Assembly: GCA_964489065.1 (NCBI GenBank)
Contig: CAZAXH010000007.1
Span: 10,672-74,671 of the forward strand
Direction: 5' to 3'
DNA length: 64,000 bases
Origin: an uncultured Planctomycetales bacterium
GTDB lineage: Bacteria > Omnitrophota > Gorgyraeia > Zapsychrales > JANLHA01
Shown one piece after another: positions 30,312-39,412 of this stretch. A program made the position numbers and the translations under genes. Positions within the stretch are counted from its first letter, which is position 1, and every line of letters starts with the position of its first letter. The notes below the pieces were generated by a model. It was not told the origin of the DNA, searched no databases, and worked only from the letters and a program-made list of their open reading frames with translations.

Positions 30312-31370
30312 TTAGCTGATACACCGGTTTCGTATGTCCTCGATGAGCGGCAGAATCTCCAGGAAGCGGTCCACAATAATGGGAGAAAAATGGGTTTCTT
30401 TCATATGCCGAATCTCCTCCACCGCCGCGTCAACCGGCCAGGCCTGCTTATACGGCCGGTCCGAGGTTAACGCGTCAAAAACATCACAAATACTGCAGAT
30501 CTGGCCGACCGTAGGGATTTCCTCACCCCGGAGCTGTTTGGGGTATCCGGTCCCGTCCCATTTTTCATGATGCGTAATGCAAATGATCTGCGCCATTTTC
30601 ATAACCGGAGAACTGCTGCCGGCCAAGAGCTTGGCGCCGATGACGGTATGAGTTTTCATGATTTCATATTCTTCCTGCGTCAAGCGGCCCGGTTTCAGCA
30701 GAATGGCGTCAGGAATACCGAGCTTGCCGATATCATGAAGCGGGCTGGCGTGTAACAAAAGGTCGCACTCCGGCAGACTCATCCCCATCGCCACCCCGAA
30801 TTTCTGGCAATACTGGCTCATCCGGATGATGTGCAACCCTGTATCGCTATCGCGAAATTCCGCAGCCTGGGCAAGTCGCCGGATGATGTCCAACTGAGTT
30901 TCCCGCAGTTCTTTCGTCCGCTCCTGGACTCTGCTTTCTAGGATCTTGTTCTGATTTTTGACTTCCATATGCAAACACCGCATTTCAATCATGTTGTGGA
31001 TGCGGAAAATGATTTCCATATTTTCATAAGGCTTATTAAGGAAATCCGTCGCACCGGACTGCAACGCCCGCAAACGGACATCAGAACTTTTCTCCGAAGA
31101 CAGGGCCAGGATGGGAAGATAATGTTCCTTACGGAATTCCGCCAGTTGTTCCATGACCTGAAACCCGTCAAGGTGCGGCATAAATATGTCCAGGACGATG
31201 ATCTCCGGCTGAAAATCCCGGACCAACCCAAGGACTTTCAGGGAATCATTGGTATATTCCACGTTCTTAAATCCTTCTTCAGCGAGGATTTTTTTTAAAT
31301 AGAGCCCGTGAAGTTTCTGGTCATCCACAATCAGGATTCGGGAATGAGCCATTTGTTCTTTTGTGTACAT
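30312..31370 (-). CDS. Response regulator with HD-GYP domain (c-di-GMP phosphodiesterase, RpfG family)
   Basis: N-terminal receiver (ILIVDDQ...VLDIFMP). HD motif (HDIGKLGIPD). HHEKWDGTGYP signature. Confidence 0.85.
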   Translation of the reverse strand: MYTKEQMAHSRILIVDDQKLHGLYLKKILAEEGFKNVEYTNDSLKVLGLVRDFQPEIIVLDIFMPHLDGFQVMEQLAEFRKEHYLPILALSSEKSSDVRLRALQSGATDFLNKPYENMEIIFRIHNMIEMRCLHMEVKNQNKILESRVQERTKELRETQLDIIRRLAQAAEFRDSDTGLHIIRMSQYCQKFGVAMGMSLPECDLLLHASPLHDIGKLGIPDAILLKPGRLTQEEYEIMKTHTVIGAKLLAGSSSPVMKMAQIICITHHEKWDGTGYPKQLRGEEIPTVGQICSICDVFDALTSDRPYKQAWPVDAAVEEIRHMKETHFSPIIVDRFLEILPLIEDIRNRCIS

Positions 31371-31387
31371 AACGTTAATCTCTTAAA

Positions 31388-31560
31388 TCAGAGGTATAAA
31401 CCCCAGAGCAAGCTCTGGACTCAATTAACCGCAGCAAGCTGCGGGGTATTAAACCAACATCCTTCAACTCGTTCGCTTGAGCTCTTTCGCCTGAAGGATC
31501 AATTCGCATTTTTAGTTTACACTCCCTTAGGTCGTGTAAACTAAATGCTCATTGAATCAA
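31388..31560 (+). repeat. Structured intergenic repeat, copy 1 (~175 nt)
   Basis: Near-identical to the copies at 31700 and 39413. Contains tandem hairpins CCAGAG-CAAG-CTCTGG and CCGCAG-CAAG-CTGCGG, an ATCCTTC...GAAGGAT stem, and a long 3' hairpin GCATTT..AGTTTACAC-loop-GTGTAAACT.AAATGC. Confidence 0.75.
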
Positions 31561-31699
31561 CCCCATACCAGAACACGAGCATATTTCTTCCATGTCCGGA
31601 GCAGACAAAAAGCAATAAATAGTCTTATTTTAGTGTGCGCGTAGCCGGAATGTAAGGAAAATTACGGTTTTTTTGAATCCCGTTAAAGATTTTTAAAAT

Positions 31700-31870
31700 C
31701 AAAGGTATAAACTCCAACGCAGGCTCTGGACTCAATGAACCGCAGCAAGCCGCAGGGTATGAACCCGACATCCTTCGGCTCGTTCGCTTGAGCTCTTTCG
31801 CCTGAAGGATCAATTCGCATTTCTAGTTTACACTCCCTTGGGTCGTGTAAACTAAATGCTCATTGAATCA
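31700..31870 (+). repeat. Structured intergenic repeat, copy 2 (more degenerate 5' hairpins)
   Basis: About 88% identical to copy 1. It lies 140 nt downstream of copy 1 in the same orientation and overlaps the last ~20 nt of surE. Confidence 0.75.
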
Positions 31871-32619
31871 AAATTCCACCCCCGCATATTCTCTAAGGTC
31901 CGGTCATCCGTTAAATCACACTGCACCGGGCAAATCGTGATGTATTTCTCTTTTAAGGCGCTGGTATCAACGTCCAGGGCCCTGTCCGTGCGGGGCGCCC
32001 TCCCGCTCATCCAATAATATGTTCGTCCCGAAGGATCCTGCCGTTTCCGGAAGGTCCCGTCAATAGGCAGGAGGCATTGCCGGGTCACGCGGACTCCTTT
32101 GATCTTCCCGGCGGGGAGAGCGGGAACGTTAATATTCAAGAATGTCCCCGGCGGGAGCCCCCTTTTGAGCACGTCTCTGGCAATACCCCGGGCGACCTTC
32201 GCCGCTGTCCGGAAATCAGGCTTGACAAAGGTATCCAACGAAACCGCCAAAGAAGGGATTCCGCTGAAGGCGCCTTCCCTGGCCCCTGCGACCGTCCCGG
32301 AGTAAAACACGCTACAACCATCGTTGCCGCCGAGGTTGATCCCGGACACAACCAAATCCGGTTTTTTCTTTAAAATCACCTTCATGGCAAACTTAACGCA
32401 GTCCGCCGGCGTTCCGCTGATCCCGTAACCGAAAAACGTTTCTTTCCGCTGGACGGTTTTATACCAAATCGGGTGCGACAGCGTAATCCCATGCCCGACG
32501 GAACTCCGTTCGCTGTCCGGGGCAACGACAACGATGTCCCCCACCTTTTTCATTTCCGCGGCAAGCGCATAAATCCCTTCCGCATAAATACCGTCGTCAT
32601 TTGTGATCAATATGGTCAT
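31852..32619 (-). CDS. surE: 5'/3'-nucleotidase SurE
   Basis: MTILITNDDGI...GINLGGN motifs. The start was reset to the internal ATG with an AGGAGG ribosome-binding site. The track ORF was over-extended to 32697. Confidence 0.85.
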   Translation of the reverse strand: MTILITNDDGIYAEGIYALAAEMKKVGDIVVVAPDSERSSVGHGITLSHPIWYKTVQRKETFFGYGISGTPADCVKFAMKVILKKKPDLVVSGINLGGNDGCSVFYSGTVAGAREGAFSGIPSLAVSLDTFVKPDFRTAAKVARGIARDVLKRGLPPGTFLNINVPALPAGKIKGVRVTRQCLLPIDGTFRKRQDPSGRTYYWMSGRAPRTDRALDVDTSALKEKYITICPVQCDLTDDRTLENMRGWNFDSMSI

Positions 32620-32677
32620 ACCCTTCCTCCTGAAAATGTTCCTGTTTCTCCCGTCCTGCAACCATACCAGCGCCCCG

Positions 32678-33736
32678 TCAAAGGGCGTGCAGGGCACAAA
32701 GTTTCTCGACTATTTTTACACTGCCGGATGGCATCGCAAAATCCGCGAACTCACGCAAGCTCACCCAGCGGTGGGCAGAGTCGCCTCGGGGCAACGGGCG
32801 CGTAGTACAAAGCCATACGGATAAGTGCACCCGGAACCGGGTATAAAAATGCCGCACATGCATCAACGGCACGGCCGTTTGAATCACAACCCCCAGTTCT
32901 TCTTTGATCTCCCGTTCCATAGCCTGACGGCTCGTTTCCCCGGCTTTAATCCGGCCGCCGGGGAACTCCCATAATCCCGCCAACAATCCGGTCGGTGGCC
33001 GCTGTTGAATCAAAAATCGTCCCTTATACTTAATCACGGCAACCGCCGCACGGACGTCTTCCCATCGTTTTGCTTTCGGCTCAGGAATAATCTCCTGCAC
33101 TCCTTTATGATAGGCCAAGCATGTCCCCCGCACCGGACATTGGGAACACAAAGGAAGCTGACGGCGGCAAAGGATGGCCCCCAACTCCATTAAGGCCTGG
33201 TTGAAATCCCCGGGAAGCCTAACCGGCAAAAGACGCTTTAATTCTTCGGCAATCACGCCGTCATGCCGGCCCTCTGCCGTTCCTTTCAAAAGAAGAAGAC
33301 GCATAAAGACCCGGCGGATATTCGCATCAATAATCGTCTCCGCCTTTTGAAAAGCGATGCTTAAAACCGCCCCTGTCGTGTAAGCCCCAAAACCAGGAAG
33401 GCTCCTTAAGGTGTCTTTATCCGCAGGCAATACCCCGCCGTGCCTTTCACAGATAATCTGTGCCGCCTTATGAATATTCCGGGCCCGCTGGTAATAGCCG
33501 AGTCCTTGCCAGGCCTTTAAAACCTCGGCCGATGAAGACCGGGCCACGCTCGCAATATCCGGGAACTTCGCAAGCCATCTTTCATAAAAAGGGATAACGA
33601 CGGAAACTGTTGTTTGCTGCAACATAATTTCAGAAATCCATATTTTATACGGATTACACGTTCTCCGCCAGGGAAGATCCCGGGCATGACGCCGGTACCA
33701 AGAACGCAAACTCCGCCTAAAAGCGTTTCTATCCAT
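32678..33736 (-). CDS. mutY: A/G-specific adenine DNA glycosylase
   Basis: HhH-GPD motifs (LPGFGAYTTGAV). [4Fe-4S] Cys cluster (CxxxxxxCxxCPxxxxC). C-terminal NUDIX-like domain. Confidence 0.85.
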   Translation of the reverse strand: MDRNAFRRSLRSWYRRHARDLPWRRTCNPYKIWISEIMLQQTTVSVVIPFYERWLAKFPDIASVARSSSAEVLKAWQGLGYYQRARNIHKAAQIICERHGGVLPADKDTLRSLPGFGAYTTGAVLSIAFQKAETIIDANIRRVFMRLLLLKGTAEGRHDGVIAEELKRLLPVRLPGDFNQALMELGAILCRRQLPLCSQCPVRGTCLAYHKGVQEIIPEPKAKRWEDVRAAVAVIKYKGRFLIQQRPPTGLLAGLWEFPGGRIKAGETSRQAMEREIKEELGVVIQTAVPLMHVRHFYTRFRVHLSVWLCTTRPLPRGDSAHRWVSLREFADFAMPSGSVKIVEKLCALHAL

Positions 33737-33781
33737 AACATATACTCATTAAGAAACAGCCCCAACCCTTCAAACCCGGGA

Positions 33782-34645
33782 TCACCCGGCGACAAAACGA
33801 AGCGCCTGGGAGCAAGCCCGGACCCGAAGCCGCTCCCCGAAACGAAACAAACGCTTCTCATGAGACCCGTCAATAAAAACCACGCCGTCTTTCATTAATG
33901 ACGTTAAATAGATAGACGCCGGCGGTTCAACCACCCCGGCCAGAAGCCGGCCGCCGGAACCCCGGCCCCGGTACAATTCCCTCACCCGGTACTGCAATGT
34001 CCGGCTTGTTAAAGCCAACCGTCTTCCGCCCGCGGAACGCATCGCTCCCGTTGACCCGGCGGCGGTTGCTATCCACAGCCCCGAGCTGCTCTGATCCTCT
34101 TCGTCTCTCCCGATCCGCAGGTTATACCGGCTCATCGCCGCCGGATTGGAATGACAGGCCAGGATATCATTCAAAGCGAAAATCTTTTCTCCGGTCGACC
34201 CCAACATGACCTGCATCCGGTTTAGCAGAAGCGTTTTCACACGGCCCTCATGAATCCTCTCCAGCACGGAGGCGAATCGGGCCGCGGTCACAGGGCAAAA
34301 ACGCCCCACGCTCCATTGCGGGTCCGAATTCACTCCCAAGATATATTGCCGGGTCACGAAGCGGGCCCCTTCCAGGAATGTCCCGTCTCCGCCCACCGTA
34401 ATGACCCAATCGTAACGGCAATAATCGGCGGATTGCCCCCGCGGGATCATGTCGAAAACAATGCCACGGGACCTCAAGGCGCACGCAACAATATCCAGAT
34501 TTTTATAATGAACGTCATGGGTCCGCTTAAAGCGGGAAACAAAAACCCGTTCGGTAGGGCTCAAGGGCGAGGTTAAACGGTGTTTCTGAAAATGATGTTT
34601 GTACGTGCTTTTTTTATATAAAAGTAACGCTTTTTTAATATTCAT
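33782..34645 (-). CDS. nadK: NAD+ kinase
   Basis: GGDGT motif (VITVGGDGTFL) and NAD kinase architecture. Confidence 0.8.
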   Translation of the reverse strand: MNIKKALLLYKKSTYKHHFQKHRLTSPLSPTERVFVSRFKRTHDVHYKNLDIVACALRSRGIVFDMIPRGQSADYCRYDWVITVGGDGTFLEGARFVTRQYILGVNSDPQWSVGRFCPVTAARFASVLERIHEGRVKTLLLNRMQVMLGSTGEKIFALNDILACHSNPAAMSRYNLRIGRDEEDQSSSGLWIATAAGSTGAMRSAGGRRLALTSRTLQYRVRELYRGRGSGGRLLAGVVEPPASIYLTSLMKDGVVFIDGSHEKRLFRFGERLRVRACSQALRFVAG

Positions 34646-35343
34646 TTCCGATGAGGCCTCTTCTGAATGGCAGGCAGGTTATTCCGGAAAAAGACCTTTT
34701 CCCGCATATCTTGGAAAGAAGCAAATATCCTGTCCGCATGTTTAAGATAACACGGAGGCAAGGAGGTGGCGATGGCAAAGCATGTTACCCCAGCGGCCTT
34801 CGCCGCCTGGACTCCAAAGGGGGCATTCTCAATCACCAGGGCCCGGGAAGCGTTGACATGAAGCAGCTTCAGGGCTTTCAAATACGGCTCCGGATCGGGC
34901 TTGCCGCGCCGGACATCATTCCCGGTCACGGTAACCGGGAAATGTTTTAAAACCTTATCGGGAAGGATCCGATGCATTTCGTGCCGGGACGTCCCGGTCA
35001 CCAAGGCCAGGAGCATCCCGCGGCGCTGCATGTCACGAAGGAATGTCCGGGCACCGGCGATAAAACGTTGCTTGACAATTTTCTTAAATAACGCTTCTTT
35101 GGCCAAAAGAAGCCGCCTGCTTTTCGCCAGGGTATATTTCCCATGATACAGCGATAAGAGTTCCCGGACGCTGACGCTGCCTTTCTGTCCTTCCCTGCGA
35201 TAAATCTCTTCACGGGGCACCGCGATCCCTTCCTCCTGAAGCAGAACCTGATGCCAGGCCCGGTAATGATCCGGCATGGTGTTGGTGATGACCCCATCCA
35301 TATCAAACAAAACAGCCTGCACGTCTACGCAAAATGATTTCAT
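34642..35343 (-). CDS. HAD-superfamily hydrolase (beta-phosphoglucomutase/phosphatase-like)
   Basis: HAD motif I (VLFDMDGVITNT). Motif III and IV equivalents are present. The start was reset to the internal ATG (MKSFC...) with a ribosome-binding site. ATGA overlap with nadK. Confidence 0.75.
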   Translation of the reverse strand: MKSFCVDVQAVLFDMDGVITNTMPDHYRAWHQVLLQEEGIAVPREEIYRREGQKGSVSVRELLSLYHGKYTLAKSRRLLLAKEALFKKIVKQRFIAGARTFLRDMQRRGMLLALVTGTSRHEMHRILPDKVLKHFPVTVTGNDVRRGKPDPEPYLKALKLLHVNASRALVIENAPFGVQAAKAAGVTCFAIATSLPPCYLKHADRIFASFQDMREKVFFRNNLPAIQKRPHRK

Positions 35344-35403
35344 CTCAACAGCTTTCCTTGGGTAAAATCGCTGTGCTGGGATCAACTCCCGGTTTATCTT
35401 CAT

Positions 35404-35672
35404 AAAAGGATCGACACTGTGATGATATGTGTCTGACAGGGCCCTGTCCCGAGGGGAATTTCAAGCAAATCCGCCACTGCGGCTTATAAATTTATTCTGT
35501 TCTTTCCATCCCACCCTCAAGCGCAAAACAAGGGTCTCTTGAATTCACGGAGAAGGGTTACCCTGGAGCCCTTATACCCGGGGGGTCTCCATGAGCCACT
35601 CGCTTCACGGAATGAGTTGACGTCTTAACATGGGCCGGACATCTCCCGGGGAGAAAAGCTTGTTAACCCCGC
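35404..35672 (-). other. Unusually long (about 270 nt) GC-rich intergenic region with perfect palindromes (GACAGGGCCCTGTC, AGGGTTACCCT); candidate operator sites or a small structured RNA
   Basis: No ORF with coding character. A 14-nt perfect palindrome lies about 110 nt upstream of the HAD/nadK operon start. A GGAGA...TCTCC enclosing stem is also present. Confidence 0.3.
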
Positions 35673-36098
35673 TCATTCATCTCCAGGCATGCCCGTGGTC
35701 GTCTGCGAAGGCGGATAAAAATTCGGGTCAAATTGTTTGCGGCACTTCACTTCGCAGACAAAAGGGTTGATTTCAGCTTTATTCAATTCACAATCCTGAA
35801 CACAACTTTTGCATCGCATAAAAATATCATTGCTGACAAAACGGCACTCCCCTTCAACCAGGCGGCATTCCGCAAACTGGCGGCAAAAATCCCCGAGTTG
35901 ATACATCGCCGTGCAGGCCATGGGCTGACTCAATCCGCATTGTATCTCCAGCCCGTGACAATTCTGGATCCGGCATTCTTCTTCCGGCTTTCCCTGCGGC
36001 CTGGTCAGGGTCTCACGCCTTTCGCTGCTGCCCAGCAACACGAACGCGCAAGCCACAAAAATGCAAGCAAAAATCCATTTCTTAAAAATCATAAACAA
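35673..36098 (-). CDS. Small secreted cysteine-rich protein (16 Cys in about 115 mature residues)
   Basis: Signal peptide (MFMIFKKWIFACIFVACAFVLLGSS). Regularly spaced Cys pairs (CRIQNC, CTAMYQLGDFC, CKSCVQDC, CEVKC). Confidence 0.5.
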   Translation of the reverse strand: MFMIFKKWIFACIFVACAFVLLGSSERRETLTRPQGKPEEECRIQNCHGLEIQCGLSQPMACTAMYQLGDFCRQFAECRLVEGECRFVSNDIFMRCKSCVQDCELNKAEINPFVCEVKCRKQFDPNFYPPSQTTTGMPGDE

Positions 36099-36224
36099 CC
36101 TCTTCCGGCCCTAGCCTTGAATGACAACGCCAAACAACCCCCAGACCCCATAGCCCCGTCATCTTCTTAGAAATAAAATATTGTATCATGGCGAATCGGC
36201 CTGATGCAAACAGAATGAAACATA

Positions 36225-37850
36225 TCATTGGTTTAAAAGCAACGGAGATCCCCGCCGCATCTTTTTCTGATTCATCCGGATAATCCTGGGCGTCCCATCA
36301 TGACGGGCCGACACGAAAACAAACATCGGATTCTCATTGTCAAAATAGTTCAAATAAATCATTTCCGCGAAACTGTAGCGTTTGGCGATCGGGTCCTGTT
36401 CGCGGAGACGATAGGGGTACATAAAATTCCCCGGGAAATCGTAATCGATGTAAAACGAAAACCCGGGCTGATCGCCCTCCCGCATGATCATCGACTCTAC
36501 GGCTTTGACGAGCTCGCGGCTCGGCGCGTACCACTGGGAGATGCGCCTATTCATGGAGTATACAAGACGACCATTGTGCAGCATCTGCCCCACAATCAAA
36601 ATGATAAAGGCGCACTTTATCGCCCGGGTCAAACGGTCGCTTGGCAGAGCCTCGAAGTTGACGGCCGAATACATAAAAACAACAAGGAAACACCAGATGA
36701 TGTAATGATAGATCACGGTCCCTCCGAGGGCAAAAGCCACTCCCCGCTCCTGCACCCGCGCGGATGAAATAACCGCGCCCCAGCATAAGGCCATACCTCC
36801 CAGTAAAGCCAGGAAGCCCAGCCGTTTTTTAAAGAATTCCCAGGTCCCGCTTCGTACGGCCAAAAATCCCCAACATAAAACAAATAAAGTCCCGAGCCAT
36901 AATTGCCACTCCGAAAAACCCATAACCGGGAAGATATCCTGCCGGTTGGCTAATTCCGCCCGGCCCAGGACATGGATAATTTCATATTTCCCGGGAAAAA
37001 GCGCCGAATAGATCCACCACCCCATGGCGAGAAAGGTGTTCTTGACGATTTGGACAAAATCCGGCAGGCCCGCCCCTTTAACCGGGTGCAGGCGATGGAA
37101 TCCCAGCGCCACATAGTTATATGCGCTGGCAACCATAAAAATGGCCGGGGGGATCAACAACCACAAAGACCGCCAGCGCCCGTGTTCCTTCCAAGAAACA
37201 GTCAAAAACAAATAAACAAAAAATAAAACAGAAAGAACCACACTGATTTCATAAGTCAAGGCGGCCACGGTCATTCCAGCGGACGCGATCATCAAACGGT
37301 GTGTTTGCCGACGTTTTCCTTCCTGATACAGCCATATCTGATTCAGGCTCATCAGGGTCATCATCACCGCCAAAAGAATACTGTTGACCGCGTGCCAGAC
37401 AACCGTTTCCATATTCATAAAAAGAAAAGAAAAATAGCCCGCCATCATAATGGCGAATAAACTGGAGCCGATATTGAGTAAAAGTCTTAATAACATTCCA
37501 ACGATGATCAGGTGCATAACAAGTCCGGTCACCTGCCACAGCACGAAATTATACCCAAAAAAAAACTTCTCTGATCCCATAAGAAAATACGCGCCGGGCC
37601 TGAAGATCAAATAATCCCCCGGGGCAAAAGTCCGGGAGCGCGACCAGTCAAAAGATTGGATAGCCAGGGGAACCCAATCCTGTTTATAAGCCATGTCAGC
37701 CAGATAAAACAGATGATCCGCCCGAGGCATATGGGAAAACGACGGGAAATATATAAGAATATTGCCCGCGACGATCATCAAAAACAGAAAAAAAATCCAT
37801 GTCCGGTTTGCGGTGATTTTCATAAACATCTTGCCCGGGACAGCCCCCAC
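36225..37850 (-). CDS. Polytopic integral membrane protein (at least 12 predicted TM helices), possible GT-C-type glycosyltransferase
   Basis: Long series of hydrophobic helices with short loops. No soluble catalytic motif recognised. The start is ambiguous (MFMKIT or MKIT). Confidence 0.55.
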   Translation of the reverse strand: MGAVPGKMFMKITANRTWIFFLFLMIVAGNILIYFPSFSHMPRADHLFYLADMAYKQDWVPLAIQSFDWSRSRTFAPGDYLIFRPGAYFLMGSEKFFFGYNFVLWQVTGLVMHLIIVGMLLRLLLNIGSSLFAIMMAGYFSFLFMNMETVVWHAVNSILLAVMMTLMSLNQIWLYQEGKRRQTHRLMIASAGMTVAALTYEISVVLSVLFFVYLFLTVSWKEHGRWRSLWLLIPPAIFMVASAYNYVALGFHRLHPVKGAGLPDFVQIVKNTFLAMGWWIYSALFPGKYEIIHVLGRAELANRQDIFPVMGFSEWQLWLGTLFVLCWGFLAVRSGTWEFFKKRLGFLALLGGMALCWGAVISSARVQERGVAFALGGTVIYHYIIWCFLVVFMYSAVNFEALPSDRLTRAIKCAFIILIVGQMLHNGRLVYSMNRRISQWYAPSRELVKAVESMIMREGDQPGFSFYIDYDFPGNFMYPYRLREQDPIAKRYSFAEMIYLNYFDNENPMFVFVSARHDGTPRIIRMNQKKMRRGSPLLLNQ

Positions 37851-37878
37851 TCTACTCCCAAGAGGAGCCTTCTCTCTC

Positions 37879-39303
37879 CTATCGGGATATAGGCCGCTGT
37901 CCTCCTTTTGTTTTTAAGCCGACCAAAGCGTCGTACCCCAATATCATGAGCCGTTTTATAATCAGCACCGGATTATACCCCAGCATCATCTGGATGACAT
38001 GAACAGGATGACGGAAAAAAGTATAAAGATACATGCGAAACGCGAAGCGCGCAAAATTAAAATTCTCTAACCCCTTGCTCACATACACCCGGCGGCCTGA
38101 GGTCGTGCCGGGAAGGAGAGTGTCCTGGATCTCCCCCTTTTTAACCAGTTCATCGTACACAGGAGTTCCGGGCATAGGCTGAAAATACTGTATCCCCAAG
38201 TGATCAAAGTCGCATTTTTTCATCAGCGCTTCGGTCTGGCGGATATCTTTCGTGGTCTCGCCCGGATACCCAATCAAAAATAATCCGATCGACACCAGCC
38301 CCGCGCTCCGGATTTCCCGGGCCTTAGCCGGCCACATATCCGGGTCCAAATCTTTTTTCATGAGTTTCAGCACCCGCCGGGAACCGCTCTCCGGGGCGAC
38401 AACCGCGGTCTTCCATCCGGCGCGCTTCATAAGTTTCAAAGTCTCAAAATCCACCCGCTGCGCACGAATCCCATTGGCCGTGTACATCGTCAATCCCTGA
38501 AAATTCTTTTTGATCAAAGCCTCACAAAAGCTCTTGGTATAATCCGCCTGAAAGGCAAAATTATCATCGATAATATTAACGTGACGCACCTTATATTTAT
38601 AATAAAGCATCGATATCCATTCAATCCCGTAATCCACGGAATGCCGGCGGATCTTATGTCCGTTAATCTGCGGGGCGGTGCAGAATTTACAGCTGTACGG
38701 ACAGCCCCGCGTCATCCAGATCGGCGCGCTGCGACGTGTCCCTGAAAAATAGCGGTACCCTTTACGGTAATATCGTTCCAGTTCAATAGCGTCATAATCT
38801 GGATAAGCGATCGTATCCAAATCCTGCGTGAAGGCCAAAGGATTCGTCATGAACCGGTCGTCTAAACGGTACACCAGGCCAGGGACGCGCAGGAGTTTTT
38901 CTTTATCACGCAGATTCTTTACGAATTCCTGGAAAGTGAACTCCGCTTCACCGGCCAGAATATAATCCGCCTGGCTGTCGCTTAAAGTCTTGGCCGCATA
39001 GGCCGTAGGATGTATTCCGCCCAGGACCGACACGGCTTCCGGAAGATCGTTCTTAACAACCGCCACGATTTTACGGGCTTCCTGATATGTCTTAGACCAG
39101 CAAGAAACCCCCACGACATCCGGGGCGTAATCCTTCAGGAATCGCCGGAAAGAATCTGAATGGGACGGCGCATTATTCAACGTACCGTCAAATATCTTAT
39201 ATTCCACTCCCGGGGCCCGGCAGTTAGATATAATATACCCCAAGCCAAGCGGAATGGAATAAGTGAAATCATTGCCATGCGGCCAAACGAGCGCAACCCT
39301 CAT
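37879..39303 (-). CDS. B12-binding domain / radical SAM protein
   Basis: N-terminal B12-binding-like domain (MRVALVWPHG...VVGVSCWS...VLGGIHPT). Radical SAM CxxxCxxC (GCPYSCKFC). Confidence 0.8.
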   Translation of the reverse strand: MRVALVWPHGNDFTYSIPLGLGYIISNCRAPGVEYKIFDGTLNNAPSHSDSFRRFLKDYAPDVVGVSCWSKTYQEARKIVAVVKNDLPEAVSVLGGIHPTAYAAKTLSDSQADYILAGEAEFTFQEFVKNLRDKEKLLRVPGLVYRLDDRFMTNPLAFTQDLDTIAYPDYDAIELERYYRKGYRYFSGTRRSAPIWMTRGCPYSCKFCTAPQINGHKIRRHSVDYGIEWISMLYYKYKVRHVNIIDDNFAFQADYTKSFCEALIKKNFQGLTMYTANGIRAQRVDFETLKLMKRAGWKTAVVAPESGSRRVLKLMKKDLDPDMWPAKAREIRSAGLVSIGLFLIGYPGETTKDIRQTEALMKKCDFDHLGIQYFQPMPGTPVYDELVKKGEIQDTLLPGTTSGRRVYVSKGLENFNFARFAFRMYLYTFFRHPVHVIQMMLGYNPVLIIKRLMILGYDALVGLKTKGGQRPISR

Positions 39304-39412
39304 GGCTTAACCTTTCGTTAAAATCCGGGTAGGTAATAAGAATGTAAGTAGTAGCGTTGGAATCCATATCGCTATACGAGCCTTGAACTGCATGAATATC
39401 CTATGACAAATC

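Noticed and set aside
31625-31813. 62-aa minus-strand ORF between repeat copies 1 and 2
   Set aside because: It spans part of repeat copy 2, has no ribosome-binding site, and lies in AT-rich spacer. It is most likely non-coding.
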